DNA from: Raillietiella orientalis
Lineage: Eukaryota
Reading direction: 5' to 3'
Assembly (NCBI GenBank): GCA_036172245.1
Contig: JAYWIR010000025.1
Coordinates: 2,666,001 to 2,730,000 of the forward strand
Length of the DNA: 64,000 bases
Shown: one piece after another, positions 1-13,210 of the stretch
Layout of the letters: each line of letters begins with the position of its first letter
How positions within the stretch are numbered: position 1 is the stretch's first letter
The notes under the pieces: model-generated
The model's input: the letters and a program-made list of their open reading frames with translations, nothing else
Databases searched by the model: none
Told to the model about the DNA's origin: nothing
Made by a program: the position numbers and the translations under genes

Positions 1-1049
1 CCACCTGCGGCCCACCTGCGGAAGCACGGAGTGGGCGCACCAGACTGCCAGGGGGGGGCCAGCAAAGAGCAAGCGAGGGGGAGAGAGGCGCGTCCGCAGC
101 CTCCCCGTCCCGTCCCTCCCCGGACGCCGCCGCTTTCCTTCTCGATAATCAATCGGGAGGGATCCGCGGCTCGCGTGATCGGGGGAAGCCGGGATTGCGC
201 ACTGCAACGAGCGGCCGCCAGGCGTGCCGGGTGGCTCTCGCGTGCCGTCCTGCTGTTCCCGGGTGCGCGGGAGACCAGCCGCCCCTGAGCGCAGGGAACG
301 TCTATTTCCACCAGGTATCCCTGGGGCGGGATGGACCAGAACAGCTCGCCCTCAGGGCGGGAAGTGAGGAGGAAGGAGGCGGCGGGGTCAGGCCTAGAGA
401 AGACCCCCTCGTTCCGGGGCGGAGTCAGCCGGGGCCGTCGCTCACCTGATTTCTGGAACCCTGCTGACGGAGGGGATGAAGGGGGAGGCGCGCGGAAGGA
501 TGAGAAAAAAGGGGGGAAGGGGTGCGAGATAATCCACGCCGCCAGCGTGCGTGCGGGTCCGGGCGGGATGAGGGCCAACTGATCTGTAAAGAAGTGCTGG
601 CGCTCCTGAAGCGGAGGAGACTCGGATGCTGGAGAGATTACGGCAGGCGGAAGTACCCGCATCCTCGGCGATGATTGGCCCGGGGCTAATCAGCTCTACT
701 TCCCGGCATGGGAAGGAGGGCGGTGGATCACGCAGCCGACGATCGCGCAGATGGCGAGGACGCGAGACCTTGGAAACGGCCGCGCAGGAGACGGGGTGAG
801 GTGCTCTTCCCCCCCCCCCCCAAAGGTGAGGAGAAGGTGCCCAGGAATCCGTAAGGAATCCATAAGGATTTGAGTCCAAACGACCTTTCTCGAGGTCGCC
901 GAACGAAGAAGGGACATGACCCAGCCAGGTCCCGTCCGACCTCCCGCACTACCTCCCCTCCTCCCTCCTCCCTTTCCTTGCGCTCCAGAGACGACGACGC
1001 CCCACACAGGCTTCCGCGAAAGGAACCGGCCGTCATCCTCCGTCGCACA

Positions 1050-2400
1050 GTCTTCCCACCCTCCCTCCTCCCGTTTCAGGGTGATCGCTTCACCTGGGGC
1101 GCACCGCCCGCAGCGTTGCCGCCGGCAAAAGACGGCAGCCCCAAAAGTCCCTTTCCCTCCTTCCAGCAGGCGCAGCGGCCGCCGGACATGGGCGCTCCCG
1201 CGAACGAGGCCGGGCTAAAAAGGGGAGGACCGGGCTGCCCACTCGCCAGAGCGCGGCCGTCGCTCCGGCCGATTCGCTCCGTATCCACGGCAACGGCCTG
1301 GCAGCTGCCGCCGCAGCCGGGGATCCTTCCGTCGGTCGGAATTCGAGGATGGGGGCGCGCGCGCGTCCGTGCCCCCGTACGCACGCACACGCGCGTGCGC
1401 GGACCTCTGCTAGCCGCAGCTGCACACGTCGCGCACGTGCGCGCCCTGCGCACCAGCAAAGGGACGGGGGCGTTCCCGGAGGGAAAACGCGCGCGCGCAC
1501 CTGCACGAGCGCGTGTCCGCGTGCGTCCGGATTTTCGCTCACGCGCCGCCCGGCGGGACTGCCGCGGATTCCCGAAGGCGATTCGGCGGGCTCTTCTCAA
1601 GTGGCTTTCGGCGAAACGCAACGGCACTGCGGGAAGGCGAGCGCTCGCAGCCCGCCCCTGCAAGGGTTGCCTGCCTGCCTCCCGTTCGCCTTCCCACCAC
1701 CCCTTTCCTTCCAGCAGCAGCTTCCTCTCCCCGAGCGGATCCAGGGAGGCAGGGCAAGGAAATGGGGCCGTCCTTTCTCCTGGAGTGGCTCGTCGGAAAG
1801 GCGAGGTGGCCCACACACGCGAGGCGCCCGACGCGATCGCCGGCGCGCGCACGCGCAAACACCTGCGGTATTGCCGACGAGGAAAGGAAAGCGAAGTCAA
1901 TAAAAGAGATCTCCTGCGATGAATCGCCCGGAGAAAGAGGGAGCAAACGCGAGCGCGTGCAAGTTCAGGATCGCATCGAGCGTGCATGGGATGGCGACGA
2001 CGCGCGCAAGCCTGTGCTTGTGCGCGTTGCTCAGCATTCGCCTTCTGCACGCTCCGAGAGATTTTTGTTTTCATCCTCTCGAACACCTCGGCAACGGTCA
2101 CGTGTTCTTCCCTCTCTCCTCTTCACCCTCCTGTCTTTTCGGCTTGCTGGCTCGTCTTCCGAAAGCTCTTCAGAACGCGCCTTGTACAGAGCACTACTTT
2201 CTCATGCGCACCCACGAGTCTATTGGGGGCCTTCCCGGCATCCGCACGGGAAGTTGCATCCATGCACATCCCATGGCAACGTGTCTGCGAAAACAACTGA
2301 ACCGCCCTCCGTGCTGGAAAGAGTACACACCTACCGAACGATTCACTTCTTGTAGGTTGGAAGGGTTCCCGTGCCCATGACGCAACGTGAGACCCAGTTG
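1050..2400 (+). mobile_element. Degenerate LINE (CR1/jockey-like) reverse transcriptase and thumb relic
   Basis: Ordered motif remnants in ORFs 870..1922 and 1513..2355: RPPDMGAPANEAGLKRG (~PxDWKxANVxPIxKKG), SLRPIRSVST (~NYRPISL), VRPDFRSRA (~LDFxKAFD), IRRALLKWLS (~IRGxLLKWL), GCLPASRSPSHHPF (~GVPQGSxLGPLLF), RALYRALL..VYWG..LERVH (~LYxxLxRPxLEY..W..LERVQ). Confidence 0.55.
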
Positions 2401-3499
2401 TGTTACTCGTACCGGCGGCACGACCACGTGTGCCACCACCATCCAACGCCGTTGTGGCCAGCGTATCCGTGAAAGTGGTACTATAATGGCGGCATTCGTA
2501 CAGCACGCGTGCAGGCGTAGCGATGGGTTTCGTGCCTGAATGGGATACACCACACTGCATGAGCACCCCGGGCCCTCAGTGTGCGCTGACCCATCTGTGC
2601 ACCGCCGAAGGTGCGCCCGAAATCGATCAGAGACACTTCACCGCACACGACGACCCAAAATTTGCCGGAAGCGAGATGGGCACATCTTCCAAAAGGAGAC
2701 GCCGACCGACGTCCATCCACGACTCTACCTAGAAAGCGGTGCTTTCCATCCAGCGTTTGGAAAGCACCCCTCGTGGAAAACCCTGATCCGATCTGATTGC
2801 CACAAACGTTTCCTCTTCTTGTGTTCTTAAACGTGGCATTAGGAGGAGCTCTCACCGGTTTCCCCCAGCAATGTCCATGGCTACTAATCCTCCACCCCTT
2901 TCTCTTCGTGTCCTCGTCCTCCTGTAAAACACGATGTAAAAAGGTGTGACCGAACCCTCTCATTAAATTTTGATAAAATCATTTGAATTCTTAAGAATAA
3001 GTGGGTACTTCGATGTGTATGTGTGTGTGGTTTGTGTTTTTCTTCCTTTTTTTTTTTTTTTTCTTCCCCTTCCGTCCTCTAGATTTAAAAGTACGATTGC
3101 GGTTATTCATGAACGGGGACGCGTTGTTAAAAGGCGGGTTGGTGACTTTTCACGACAGCCGGCTAATCGGGACCGCCGGTTGCGTGTTCCGGGGAATCCG
3201 GAAGCAAGTTTACGATTCGAACTTGAGGCTGCAGCGCTTCCCGCGATCCGAGCTCGCGTGACCGTCCTCGGAAAATTCCTCCAGCTTCCGGGGAGACGAA
3301 TTTATCTCCGGGCGGAACTCCGAGGAGCGCCATCTGTAGGACGTCCCACGTAATCGCACCGCTAATTAGTTGTTCAGCCCGTAGATGGAGAAAATGTAAT
3401 TCTGCAGATAGCCCTGCAGCTTCGAGCGGCGCTCGGCAATCGGTCGAAGCGGATGGGCGCGGCGTTTTCCGTTTTTGCCATTCGTCCTTCGTGTGCGGC

Positions 3500-6100
3500 G
3501 TGCCTTTTTCCCCTTCTCCTTTCCTCCTACGGAGCCGATGCACTTGTCGTCGCAGAGACGGCGCAAGACGGCGGATTGGCGAACTCGCCTTGCGAGGAGG
3601 CAGAAAGAAGACCCCCCCTGTGCCTCGTGGACCAGCAGCGGGGACGCTCACTTCAGACTGCGGGAGGGAGAGGGGTGACTGGAGGCACGTGCTTCCCTTT
3701 GCACCCCGAGAGACGGGACGTTCCGTCGGCCGCCTGGATGCACCAGGCGCCGGCGCCCCAGCCGGGAGCGGGAGTCGAAGGCGCCGACGGAGATGCCCGC
3801 GGTCGAGAGACGCGAATTCGGCCCTCGCGCGCCGCGGGGGATGCGCAGGCTTCACATTCGCTTCCGGGTTTTCGGAAGGAGAGGAGGAAACCAAGGCAAT
3901 GTCTCTTTCCGGCCGAGCGCCAGCACTGCCACGGGCGTGTGGACGCCCCGCACCGCCTCCCTTCCTGACGATCCCGGAGGACATCCCCCAGAAGATCGCG
4001 GTCGATGCTCTGCAAATCTGCCCGGGAGCGGCACGTTCTGAACGAGGTTGTGGCCGGGAAGAGGGAGCTTCGAAGGGAGGGAGTCCGGCCGTTTCCTGTA
4101 ATGCTGGACGGGACTGTCCCACCTCACCCCTTCTTCCCCCATCTGTGGTGATCGTCCGGGGAAGGTGCAGGAGCGGCAGCCCTCGCGGATGGACGGGAAG
4201 TCCACGATGCCACCGGGAGAAAGGCCGGGAGCGCAGCGGAGGAGGAGGGGAGGGAAGAAGCAAGCGGAAAGGAAAGAGGGGGAGGGGAGGACTCCACGTC
4301 AGGAGGGTCGGCGCTTTCGCGCACCGGACCCCGGAAGCTTGCGGGCGGGAGGATCAGCGCGATCCCGGTTTCCACGGCGACGGCCGCGCGGGTCCGCAAG
4401 GCATCCACGCAAAAGTGGGAGACGTAAGGGCGAAAGAGAGAGCGGTCTGCCTGCGCGGGAGGCGTGGAGGAGGGATGATGGGTTTCCTCTTCGGGATCCC
4501 AATGTCCACGGCTGGAGCAGGGTGGACGAAGCAGCAGGGCAACCGGCAAGGACGATGGAGTTTCTCTCACCGAGGAGGATTACACGCCGCGGGTAGGCAG
4601 GCAGGAACCGGTCCCAGGGAAGGCTGACCTCGCAGACTCGGCCATGGAGGCCGGGTCTGCGAGGGGAAGTTGAAGAGGGCGTCCCGTTCGGCGGGCCCGG
4701 GAAGAGGGGAAAGGGAACTCACTGGAAACCAGGAAGCGGGAAGAGTCAGAGTCGGGTCCTCCAGCCACCAGTCCGCCGGGATCGCGCCCTGTCGGACGGG
4801 GAGGGGTATAGAGACGCCTCCTCGGGCCCGAGGGAGGGGCAGAGAGGCTTGGGGCGGGGGAGGGAGGCACTCCCGAGCCCAAATCGCGATCCCGGCAGGC
4901 GAGAGGGAGGAAGTCAAGGGAAACGCAGGAGGGAAAGGCGGTGGTGAAAAGGGGTTGCAGGAGGAAGAGGACGGAGGAAGGAAAAGCAGGCAGAAGGGAA
5001 AGAGGAGTAGGATGTGCGGGTGATATAGGAAGAGGGGGGTGGGGAGCAGTCGTAGGGAAGGAGGAGGAGGAGGACTTCATGTCATGAGGGTCAGTCCATT
5101 CAGGACAGACAGAGGTTACTGGCGGGAAACTGGGTCAGCTCGTCGCATCTCTCTCCCTTCTTTGGCAAGGGTGACAGGGGAGTGGGTTCCTGGACACCTC
5201 CTCACCCTTTCCCACCCCCTTGTCGCTGCAGGAAGAAGCCCCTGGAAGGCGGGTAGATGGAGGCTGGCGGCACCGGGATTGGGTAGGATCGCCGTCGGAG
5301 CCGCCGCCGTAGCCGACGTGTCCCCCTCTGCCTCTTCCATGGAAGAGGAAGGGTCGAAGGTTCCTCCCCCTTCGCGGGGGATGGAGATGTCTATCGGACG
5401 TCTATGGGCATGGCAGGTGGGGGTCAGTCTCTTCCGGCACCGGCCGCAGTGGCGCGGGGCAGATCTCGGAAGCGGACTTCCCTTTACGGGGAGGACATCC
5501 CGTCCCTCGCCCGAAAGAAGGGGATTCTCTGCGACTGCTCCCGGGAGACATCCGGAGGGACCGAGCTACTCTCCCGATCATTCGAACGCGGTTCGTCAGG
5601 GAAGGTTCCTGGCAAGGAGTTGCCAGGCGACGCTGTCTCCAGGGCGAACAGCCCAGAGCGGGCGAGCACGTCAGGGCTTCAGGGGTCGCTTGACGTGCGG
5701 AATGAATGCTGTCCTTCTCCTCCAGGGACTGAGGACGAGTGAGAGGGAGCAGGGGGAGGAGAAGGGAAGCGTGAGCGAGGGCTGCGCGCCTTATGAAGCA
5801 GTTATCTCAGAGGGAGAGGCCAGCGTCGCCTCTGGAGGGACCTGACCATTGAGGGCAGGCTGACTTCCAGAGGCGGCGGAAGAGCACTAAAAGCTCGCAG
5901 AAGAAGGTGGCGTTTCCTCGGGTGGTTCTGCTGAGGAAGGGGGGCGGGGGGAGAGGAGGGGAGCTCGCGATTGACCCTACCTTACTGAGGATGGAGGATC
6001 CGAGCACGCTCCCTCTCCCCGCGGACAAAGTGGCTGGCTGTTCACCCGCAGACTCCAGCTGCTGCGTGGTTGCCAAGGTGGGAGCAATGCGGTGAGGGTG
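3500..6100 (-). mobile_element. DIRS-type retrotransposon relic (RT, RNase H, methyltransferase-like region)
   Basis: Minus-strand ordered remnants: LARSGLFALETASPGNSLPGTF (~LLxKGAIE..PGFYSxLF; ORF 5484..5669), ADWWLEDPTL (ORF 4567..4917), GHWDPEEETHH...DALRTRAAVA (~GxWSxEExxxHIN...DNTTAVA; ORF 4124..4570), WDSPV..SKLP and VAVLALGRKETLPWFPPLL (~ILIAPxWPxQPWFPxLL; ORF 3852..4205). Confidence 0.65.
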
Positions 6101-6449
6101 GACCAACCGGGAGGAGACAGAGGAAGGCGGACGCAGGACCACCACTAAAGAAAGGATTGGCATGCTTGCGCAGCGCAGAGACTGTGTGTGAAGAACGAGC
6201 GAGGAAAACGAGCATTTGCGGCTGGGCATGTCCGGCTGGCAACAACCGGAACGGTGACGCCCGCAGTGGTTGCGGCCGCGCACCGAAAGGGGAGAAGGGA
6301 TGGAATGACCACCGGTCGTCAGGGAGAAATGGGGTGGGTAGGGAGGAACAGTTCGAGGGAGGGGAAGAGCGTGCAGATGCAAACGCGCGTTGCTCAGCTA
6401 CCAGAGGTATCTCGGAACGGCTGTCCGCGCGAGAGAGCGGATGGCGTGC

Positions 6450-9220
6450 TCCCTAGCGGTAGTCACCTAAAACTGAATGAGAAGAAGAAAAACCGAGAGA
6501 GGGCACTGTGATGAGAAAGACAGCCAGCGTCCTTCGCCTGCTGGAGCTCCCCGAAGTCCTTTGAGGGCCTCTCCTCCTCCTACGGAAACTTCCAGAAAGG
6601 GCCTTCGAGTGGGCAGGGAAGCTGCCGATGGCTGTGACTCCTCGGTTGCGGTCTCCTCGGCCGTCGTGGCTCCAGGACCTATGGGAAGGGAGGGAGGGGG
6701 CCGCGATGGTCGGTGGGTCGAAGTGAGGAGAGTAGGGCGTTCGAGACGAATCTGGGGGAGGGGGAGAATTTGACCTCTTCCTTCCCTTCACCACTGCCAC
6801 CACCTGGATTTAAAAGGAGACCTGGACGCCCCTAGGGATGCCTTCGTCGCAAGGTGGACGGAGGGCAAGCCGTGAGGTGCTCTTCCCGCAAAAGGGATCA
6901 TTCATGTGGGAAAAAAACGCTTGCTGTTCGCGGCATCGTAGGAAGGCGCCTGGAACCGGAGCCAGGAAACCGTCCCGAATGCTCCCTTCCTTCAGCCCTC
7001 CTTTCCCCCGGGATGCACGCGTGAGCGGAGGGGGGGTGGATGAACATCCGGTCCAGGAAGATCTCCGACAATCGCCGGACCGAAGGCTCTTTGCGGCTTT
7101 TTCCCGGTTTCCTTTCCTCGCTCCTTCGCTCCCGGAGGACACTGCAGGCAGGCCGTAGGATGGGCGCCATCTTGGAGGTTGGTTGGCGGAACGGAGGAGA
7201 GCGAGGACGGAAAGAGGGAGCTGAATTGCTACCCCCCAGCACTCCTTCCCGCATGTGCTCTGTCGGGCACCAGGAGGAAGGAGGGATGCTGCATCCACAG
7301 GACCTGCCTTCGACCGGGTTGCCGTGGGAGCACCCTTTTCCCGTGAGGAAGGGGGGCCGGGAGCTCTCCTCACCCCCACCCCCGATGTCGTGGCAGATCA
7401 GCGCAGGACGGAAGACCTTGTTCCCTCCCTCCTCCCCCCCTCGGGAGTCTGCAAATCCAGAGACGGGGCCAGGGGTGTCTGGGCAGCTTCTCATCTCGGG
7501 ATGCTGGTCAGAGGGCCAGACTCGTGGCTTCAGGCTCAGGCTGCCAGGGCAACTAGGGGCTACTGTCCCCGAGATGGCGGCGGCCTCGAAAGACAGCCTC
7601 CCCCTCTCCCCCCGGAACCACGAGGGGAGTCTCTCCGAGGCGATCCGAGAGACCCAGGAAGACCCTTCGTGGACTGCTGGGAGAAGCTGCCGTTCTTCGG
7701 GATGTACCTCTCGTTGGGCGCGCGTCCCCGGCGGGGAGGAGGGGCAGAGTGGCGGGCGGTCCCTCTCGTCCGTCACCACGGTCCCGATCAAGGTCAGCTG
7801 CGGCCCGAGGGCGGGGCGAGAAATGCGGGTTTCAGGATGCTAACCACCTCCCCTTCCTTCCCGAGGGTCAGGCCTTGGGGTCGCGTCCTCAGAGACACCC
7901 AGGAGGGACCAGCAGGAAGGACAAGAGGGCGGGTCGATGGAGCCTTTCCTGGAGTCAACCCACTTCCCTCTTCCCTCCCGCCGAGGTCTCCCTCGCCCTC
8001 TCCAAGCCTCTCTATCACCCTCCCCAAAGTCCCTCTTCCTGTCCTGTTGGACCCATCTGTGGTCCCCACAGCTGATTGGTTTTGAGCACTGGAAGCACCC
8101 TCCAAGTCGCTGCCCCCTGTCTAGTCCCACTATACCATCCCCGCAGGTGCTCTGGATGGCCGAGGGTGAAAGAGCGGTCCAAGAGAGAGGGTTCTCCTTG
8201 CCACTCCTTAGAGCATCCTGTGGTGGGACTCGGATACTTTTGCCAACCCACAAAAGAGGTCGCTGCCGCCTGCTCATTCCTTGCTTGCTCCACCCCTTAT
8301 CCAGGTTCTCACACATCGCATCCCTTGGAAGATGAGCTTCACGTGGATGTGTTTTCTCGGTCCTTCCGAAACGCTTACTCCGATTTCCCTCTTAGGGAAG
8401 AGTTTCCAGGGAGAAACGGAGCGTCGCTTCCAGGGAAGTCTAGAAGACTCTCCCGAGATGGCGCTGCCTCCTCCGCTCTGCAGAGGTAGCTGGGACGACG
8501 GGTGGAATCCGGGTCGCCGAGGAGGGAAGAGCCACTGCTCCCCTCCTTGGGAATCCTGGGCCGGGGACTTCCGGGAGCCCCACATGTCACAGGAGCTACT
8601 TGCCTCGAGGGCATTCTCTCTCGGAAGGAGAAAACCTAGGAAGAACGTTCGCTCTCCCGGGAGGCTCCATGCTTTTAGAGAATTGGTGTTTCATGGGCCT
8701 TCCAGCTCGGGAGAAGTCAGCCCACTGCCGTGAAGGTGGTCTGTCCCCGCTCTCAGATTCAGGCGCTCACCTCTGCTTCCGCAGTCCAAGAGATTGGAAG
8801 CGCACATCGTGCTCTCGGGCCGGCCGCTTCCCCGAAGCCTCCAACCCCTACTTTTTATGCCGGGGGAAGACCTGCGTGTAGTCTCCTCTCCACTGCCCTG
8901 TCTTGCTTCCTCGACGGGATGCGGGGACGCGACCTGCTCCTCCAGCGCAGCAGACGTCCTTCCTTGCGCATCGATGAAGGCCAAGAGCTGGCACGTTTTA
9001 ACCACACAGAGTTTAAGGAACAGATGAAGAAAGGCCACAAGGGAGCACCCACCAGCAGGCTAGGAAGGGCAAGGCGGAGGAATGGCGGAGGACGAAGAAG
9101 GGCAAGGAAGCCCGAAAGTGGTGAAAGACGAAGAGGAGACACGACAGTACGGCCTTCTAACACTACGGGTCATCTCTCGCTGAGCACCACAGCCATCCCT
9201 CGGCAGCGCAACCGCCCATC
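6450..9220 (+). mobile_element. NeSL/Utopia-like RLE non-LTR retrotransposon relic (RT, thumb, CCHC region, restriction-like endonuclease)
   Basis: Ordered remnants: KKKNRERAL (~YRRNRRRA), VAPGP, EVLFPQKGSFM (~LSPxQKGFM), HPFPVRKGGRELS (~PIPIxxGVKQGCPLS), FQGETERRF (~LSGETEGxF), GENLGRTF and ENWCFMGLPAR (~NQGK..DWRFIHRAR), RGRDLLLQR..RID (~RPDLVL..IID). Same order as the element at 43050-45750. Confidence 0.65.
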
Positions 9221-9229
9221 TTAATCATC

Positions 9230-9558
9230 CCGAGTTCCAACTCACAGGAACACACGCAACATGTAGCTGGAGTTCTGCATGTCCTCTTTGGGCACTCGAG
9301 CACGTTAGTTACCAATGCAGCAAGCAGGTTATCGTCACAGGTGAGCAAAATTTTCTTTGTGGTTTCTGAATCCTCTGCGTGGGAGAGGATGAGGACGGTG
9401 ATTTGCTCATTTGAGTTTGGTTTAGTTTTGGTGATTTCGTCACGTTTCTTCCAGCTCCATCCGTAGTGACCGGTGAGCTCAGTGAGCACGTCTCTAGAAG
9501 CTGCCGACCGCCGCGTCATCTTTCCGGTATCCAGGAAAGCTTGGAATGGAGCTTTCAT
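9230..9558 (-). mobile_element. Tigger/pogo (DDE_1, CENP-B-like) transposase fragment
   Basis: ORF 9163..9558: DVLTELTGHYGW (~IFNxDETGLFW) followed by SNEQITVLILSHAEDSETTKKILL (~SKERITVLxCxNADGSEKxKxLVI). Confidence 0.6.
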
Positions 9559-9689
9559 CGCTCAAAAGATGGCTCTTTAACAGTGGATTCTCGGCATTGC
9601 TCGCACTACGCAGGCGAACCGCATCCAGCAGTCACGAAAGAATAGAGATCACCTCCGTTTGAAAACAACAGCATCACATAGCAACGGTG

Positions 9690-10450
9690 CAGAGAGGGAC
9701 TGCAGTGGGGAAAGGAGATCGTCAAAAAGGAGAAAGTGGCAGAAGTCCGCGTGGTTCCGTTTTCGTGGATATTTTTCCCCTTCTGATTCTGGCTGGGGGT
9801 AAACGACATTCACCGGTCCCGCTTCATAAACTGCAAATAGGGTGAGGGATGGGGATAAGATCGTTTCCACCTTAGGGAATCGCGTTATGAGTAAAGAAGA
9901 TTTTACCGCAATGTGGGTGCGGATCTGTCAAGTGCTGCGTCCAAACCGAACTGGGGAATGGCTGCGGGATGTAGGCTGCCACCCGGCGCCATCTTGATCC
10001 ACGCAGAAGGATGGGAGAGGAAGGAAGGAAAGAAGTCCAGGGCATCCTGCGAGCATCTGCTTCTTCTAGTTTGCTGCGGGAGCTCTGGACCGCGCAGAGC
10101 AGGACAGGGAATTACTTCCTGGAGGCGAGCGCGGGGGACCATGACCCCCGGACTTCCACGAAAGGCCTCCAGCATTTTTCAGCATTGAGAGTGCATCGAG
10201 TCTTGCCCAGAGATGATCTCAGCCGCGCTTTTCGCTGGGGGAAGCAGGCGGGTCCCCACTGCGAAAGATGCGGAGGCACCCTCTCGTGGAATGCCAGGAC
10301 CTCCAACAAAGCCTGCCGCTCGCAGGGGTGAGTCTCGTGGAGTTGTTCAGCGGTTCTTCCGGCGAAAACGGAGTGACCAAGGCAGCGCGAGTAGCCTGGG
10401 GGGCTCCGGGTGCTGCATTGGAGCACGGCAGGACAGGAGAAGTCCGGTGA
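9690..10450 (+). mobile_element. L1/Tx1-type LINE C-terminal (zf-RVT) relic
   Basis: ORF 10011..10331: LLREL...LQHFSALRVHRVLPR..FRWGKQAGPHCERCG (~LRDFxWRxxHxVLPT..LxRWG..PxCPxCG); flanking QWGKEIVKKE and KAARVAWGAP fit the expected order. Confidence 0.5.
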
Positions 10451-10589
10451 CGAAGGAGGAAGAGGAAGGGTAGACATAGAAGTGGTGGAGGCGGAGGGGT
10501 GCAGCGTAGGGGTGAAGGAGGACTTCACATCAGACGAGGATCGGTTTACTTCACGTCACCGCTGCTGCCGTCTGCTTTGTAAGCGCGAC

Positions 10590-11000
10590 CGTGGTCACCA
10601 GGCACTCCCAAGGGTCCCAAAGGATGTTCAAGGACGTTTCCCGGATGTATAGGGAGCTGCTCTGTACAGTCCGAAGATGGAACACCTGCAGGCGAGACCG
10701 CAAGACTCGAAGGCGATCGCCTGCTGGACGTCGCTGGACGTGTGGATTTTGCAGAGGACTCTTGTGGAGCATCGCACGAAACGATTTCACCCCTCACCCC
10801 ACGCCCGCATGGGGTGTTTCCGGCTGATCTGCGGCGGCGGCGACCTTGTTCCCTATGGAGCCCCTTCCGAACCTCGGGGTACGGAACCAAAGGGGTCTCG
10901 GCCTTTGAAGACTTCGTCCTTCCCCTTTCAATTCCCGATGCTCCCCTCTGAGAGGAGGACGCGATGGGAACACAGGGATCGGGGATCCTGCAGGATGCCC
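10590..11000 (+). mobile_element. Possible second LINE zf-RVT tail fragment
   Basis: VSRMYRELL (ORF 10591..10827) and CWTSLDVWILQRTLVEHRTKRFHPSPHARMGCFR (ORF 10677..11222) weakly echo the segment at 10011-10331. Confidence 0.25.
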
Positions 11001-11799
11001 TCCCGCACCCTTTTCCGGCATCCATCCGGCACGCAAGGCTGGGCGCTCCGACGCGGTGTTTTCCGAGGAGAGTACCGCAAAGAGGGAAGTCACGTCAATG
11101 GGGGAAGGCGGAATAGGGGAGGGAGGAGAGAGCAACAGCTCCATCGTCGGCGCCTGGAGAAAGCTCCCCGCCGGCGCCCTCTCGAAGGCCGATTTGCTGT
11201 CCTCCGCCTCGAGTTTCTTTGAGTTTCTTCCGTGGCAGAGTACCTTCCACCGCGGTAGAACCCGAAAGCATACCCAGATGAAGGAAAGATCAAAAAAATA
11301 GAGGGGATATCAAGGTAGAAGGCAGAAGAAAGGAAGATGGATTAAACAGAGAGGATATCAAGATGGGAGGAAAAAAGGGAGCAAAAATAAATCGAAGAAA
11401 ATGTGAAGTCGGAAAGAATTTGGCGAGGAGGCGTCCGGGAATTTCGGGTTAGGAGAGCGTGGCGAAAAGATGGTGAGGAGGCAACCGTGGCCAGAGGCCA
11501 AATGCGGGCGGCAGCCCTGCTCCTGACCAAGGCATCCGGCGGGACGCAGCGCCCATCCTTGCGCGTTTTGAACGCCACCGCCGATGCGCCCCTCTTCCTT
11601 CACGGGAAGACGATGATCGCAGCCCGTCGTCCAGGACCGCGCGACCGACCGGGACTCCTCGAGGGAGCACGCCGACACCCAGGCAGGCGGTCCGTGGTGG
11701 CGCCCGAGCGGAGCAAGGAGCGGGCCGCGGTGTGGTGGCTTCACAGGAGCCGTCGCAGCGAGCAGCGCCGCGTTCCGGGAGGGATCGCCTGCGAATACG

Positions 11800-13210
11800 G
11801 GAAAGAGGTGCCTGGATCCTGGAGGAGGGGGGGAGGAGAACGAGGAGGTTCTGCCGTTTCTCCTTGGGAAATCTGTCCTGCCGGGGGGCAGGTTTGCGCG
11901 CGGTCTCCCGTCCCCCTTTCAGTGCTCCGTCGAGGACGCGGGCGCGGAGGGTCGCACCACGGGTAGGGCTCCTCCGTCCCGTCCGCGCAAAGGATCCAGC
12001 GGAACTCCGGAGGCACCGGACTCCGATCACCAGGACGGGGGGGGGGGGAGGCGACGCGGGAGATCGGTTACGGGGGCTGACTGAGAGGAGCTGGGCGCCC
12101 CCGTCTCTGGCAGCAGCTGCCCTTCTCTTCTGCGTGACCGTTAAGCAGCACCCCGGTGCGCCGCCGGCACTGCTACTGGCCGACGCCTCAGGGAGAGCTC
12201 TTCCGAGTGGAGACCTTTGGCAGCCGAGTGCGCGGCGTTCCCGGTGCCTCCGGAGGCGAAGGCCGCGACGGCACGGGAAAGCCGTTCACGCCGAGCGGAC
12301 ATCTGACGCTGCGCATTAACGCATCCGCGGGATGGCGGCTTCCCGCCGCGCGTGGCCGCCAAGTCGCAGACGGAAGCCGCGCGCGCGAGCTGAAATTCGA
12401 GTTGCGGGCGTCGCGGGAGCAGGGCGAACGGCAGCTCCTCCGGAGCGGGGGTGAGCCACTTGCGTCCGTCGCGTGCAGCCGGCGCCCAGCCGACTTCGTA
12501 CCGGGAGGGCCGCTTCACAGCGCGCATGCGGCCATTCGGGCGCAGAACGGAGGGACGGAAGGGAGCGCTCCCGGGACTGGAGGGAGGGGGGGGGGGGGCG
12601 GGGAATCGAAACGATCCTGGCCCGTCATCATCCATTACCATCAACCCTTGGGAGGAGTCCGCTTGGTAGCCGTCCGTCAGGCGGACTTGCGCCTCGCGGA
12701 AGGCACCGCGGCAGTCGGGGCGAAGCGCGACATAGCGGCCCCCGGAGATGACTCCAGAGGGCGACCGCCTCGCTTTCCGGAGAGTCACAACGGCACCGCT
12801 CGCTCAGGTCATCCGCAAGGAGCTTTCGCAGGGAGGACTGTGGCCGAGCGAGCGAGCGCCGTTCTCCGCGGAGATCTCCGGCGGCCGTGAAAGCAGCGTG
12901 GCGCTGGCGTTCCCGCCACTTGCGTTCCGTCCGAGCACGCTTTCTCGCGTGTGTCGAGCTCCCCAGCATGGCTCCTTCCGTCCCGGTCGTTCGGCGTCCT
13001 CCCGGAAAGCGAGGGAGGGGGCAGACCGAGGTCGGGGGTCAGCTGCTCCTCGTCGACGACCAGCTTGCTTGGTGGATCCCGCCGCGCTCCTGCCAAAAGC
13101 TCCCCCTCCCATTGTTGCCGCTCCGGCTTTGCAGTTTCCCATTGTTATCCGAGCACGTGTGCCTTTTGCCTTTCGTGGTTCCCCATTGTTGCGGGCGGTG
13201 ACGTGTCCCA
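11800..13210 (-). mobile_element. Ty1/copia protease-integrase relic
   Basis: Ordered minus-strand remnants: NNGEPRKAKGT (~ANGxxxxAKG), PPCESSLRM (~CExCxxGK), GGRYVALRPD (~GGxRYFxTFID), GRMRAVKRPS (~GxKIKxLRSD), FPKEKRQNL (~HIPKEKRxKLD). Confidence 0.4.

Noticed and set aside
2480..2620. Third copy of the tRNA-SINE-like element
   Set aside because: Only patchy similarity (gatgggtttcg..., ccctca, ggtgcg); cannot be separated from chance by eye.
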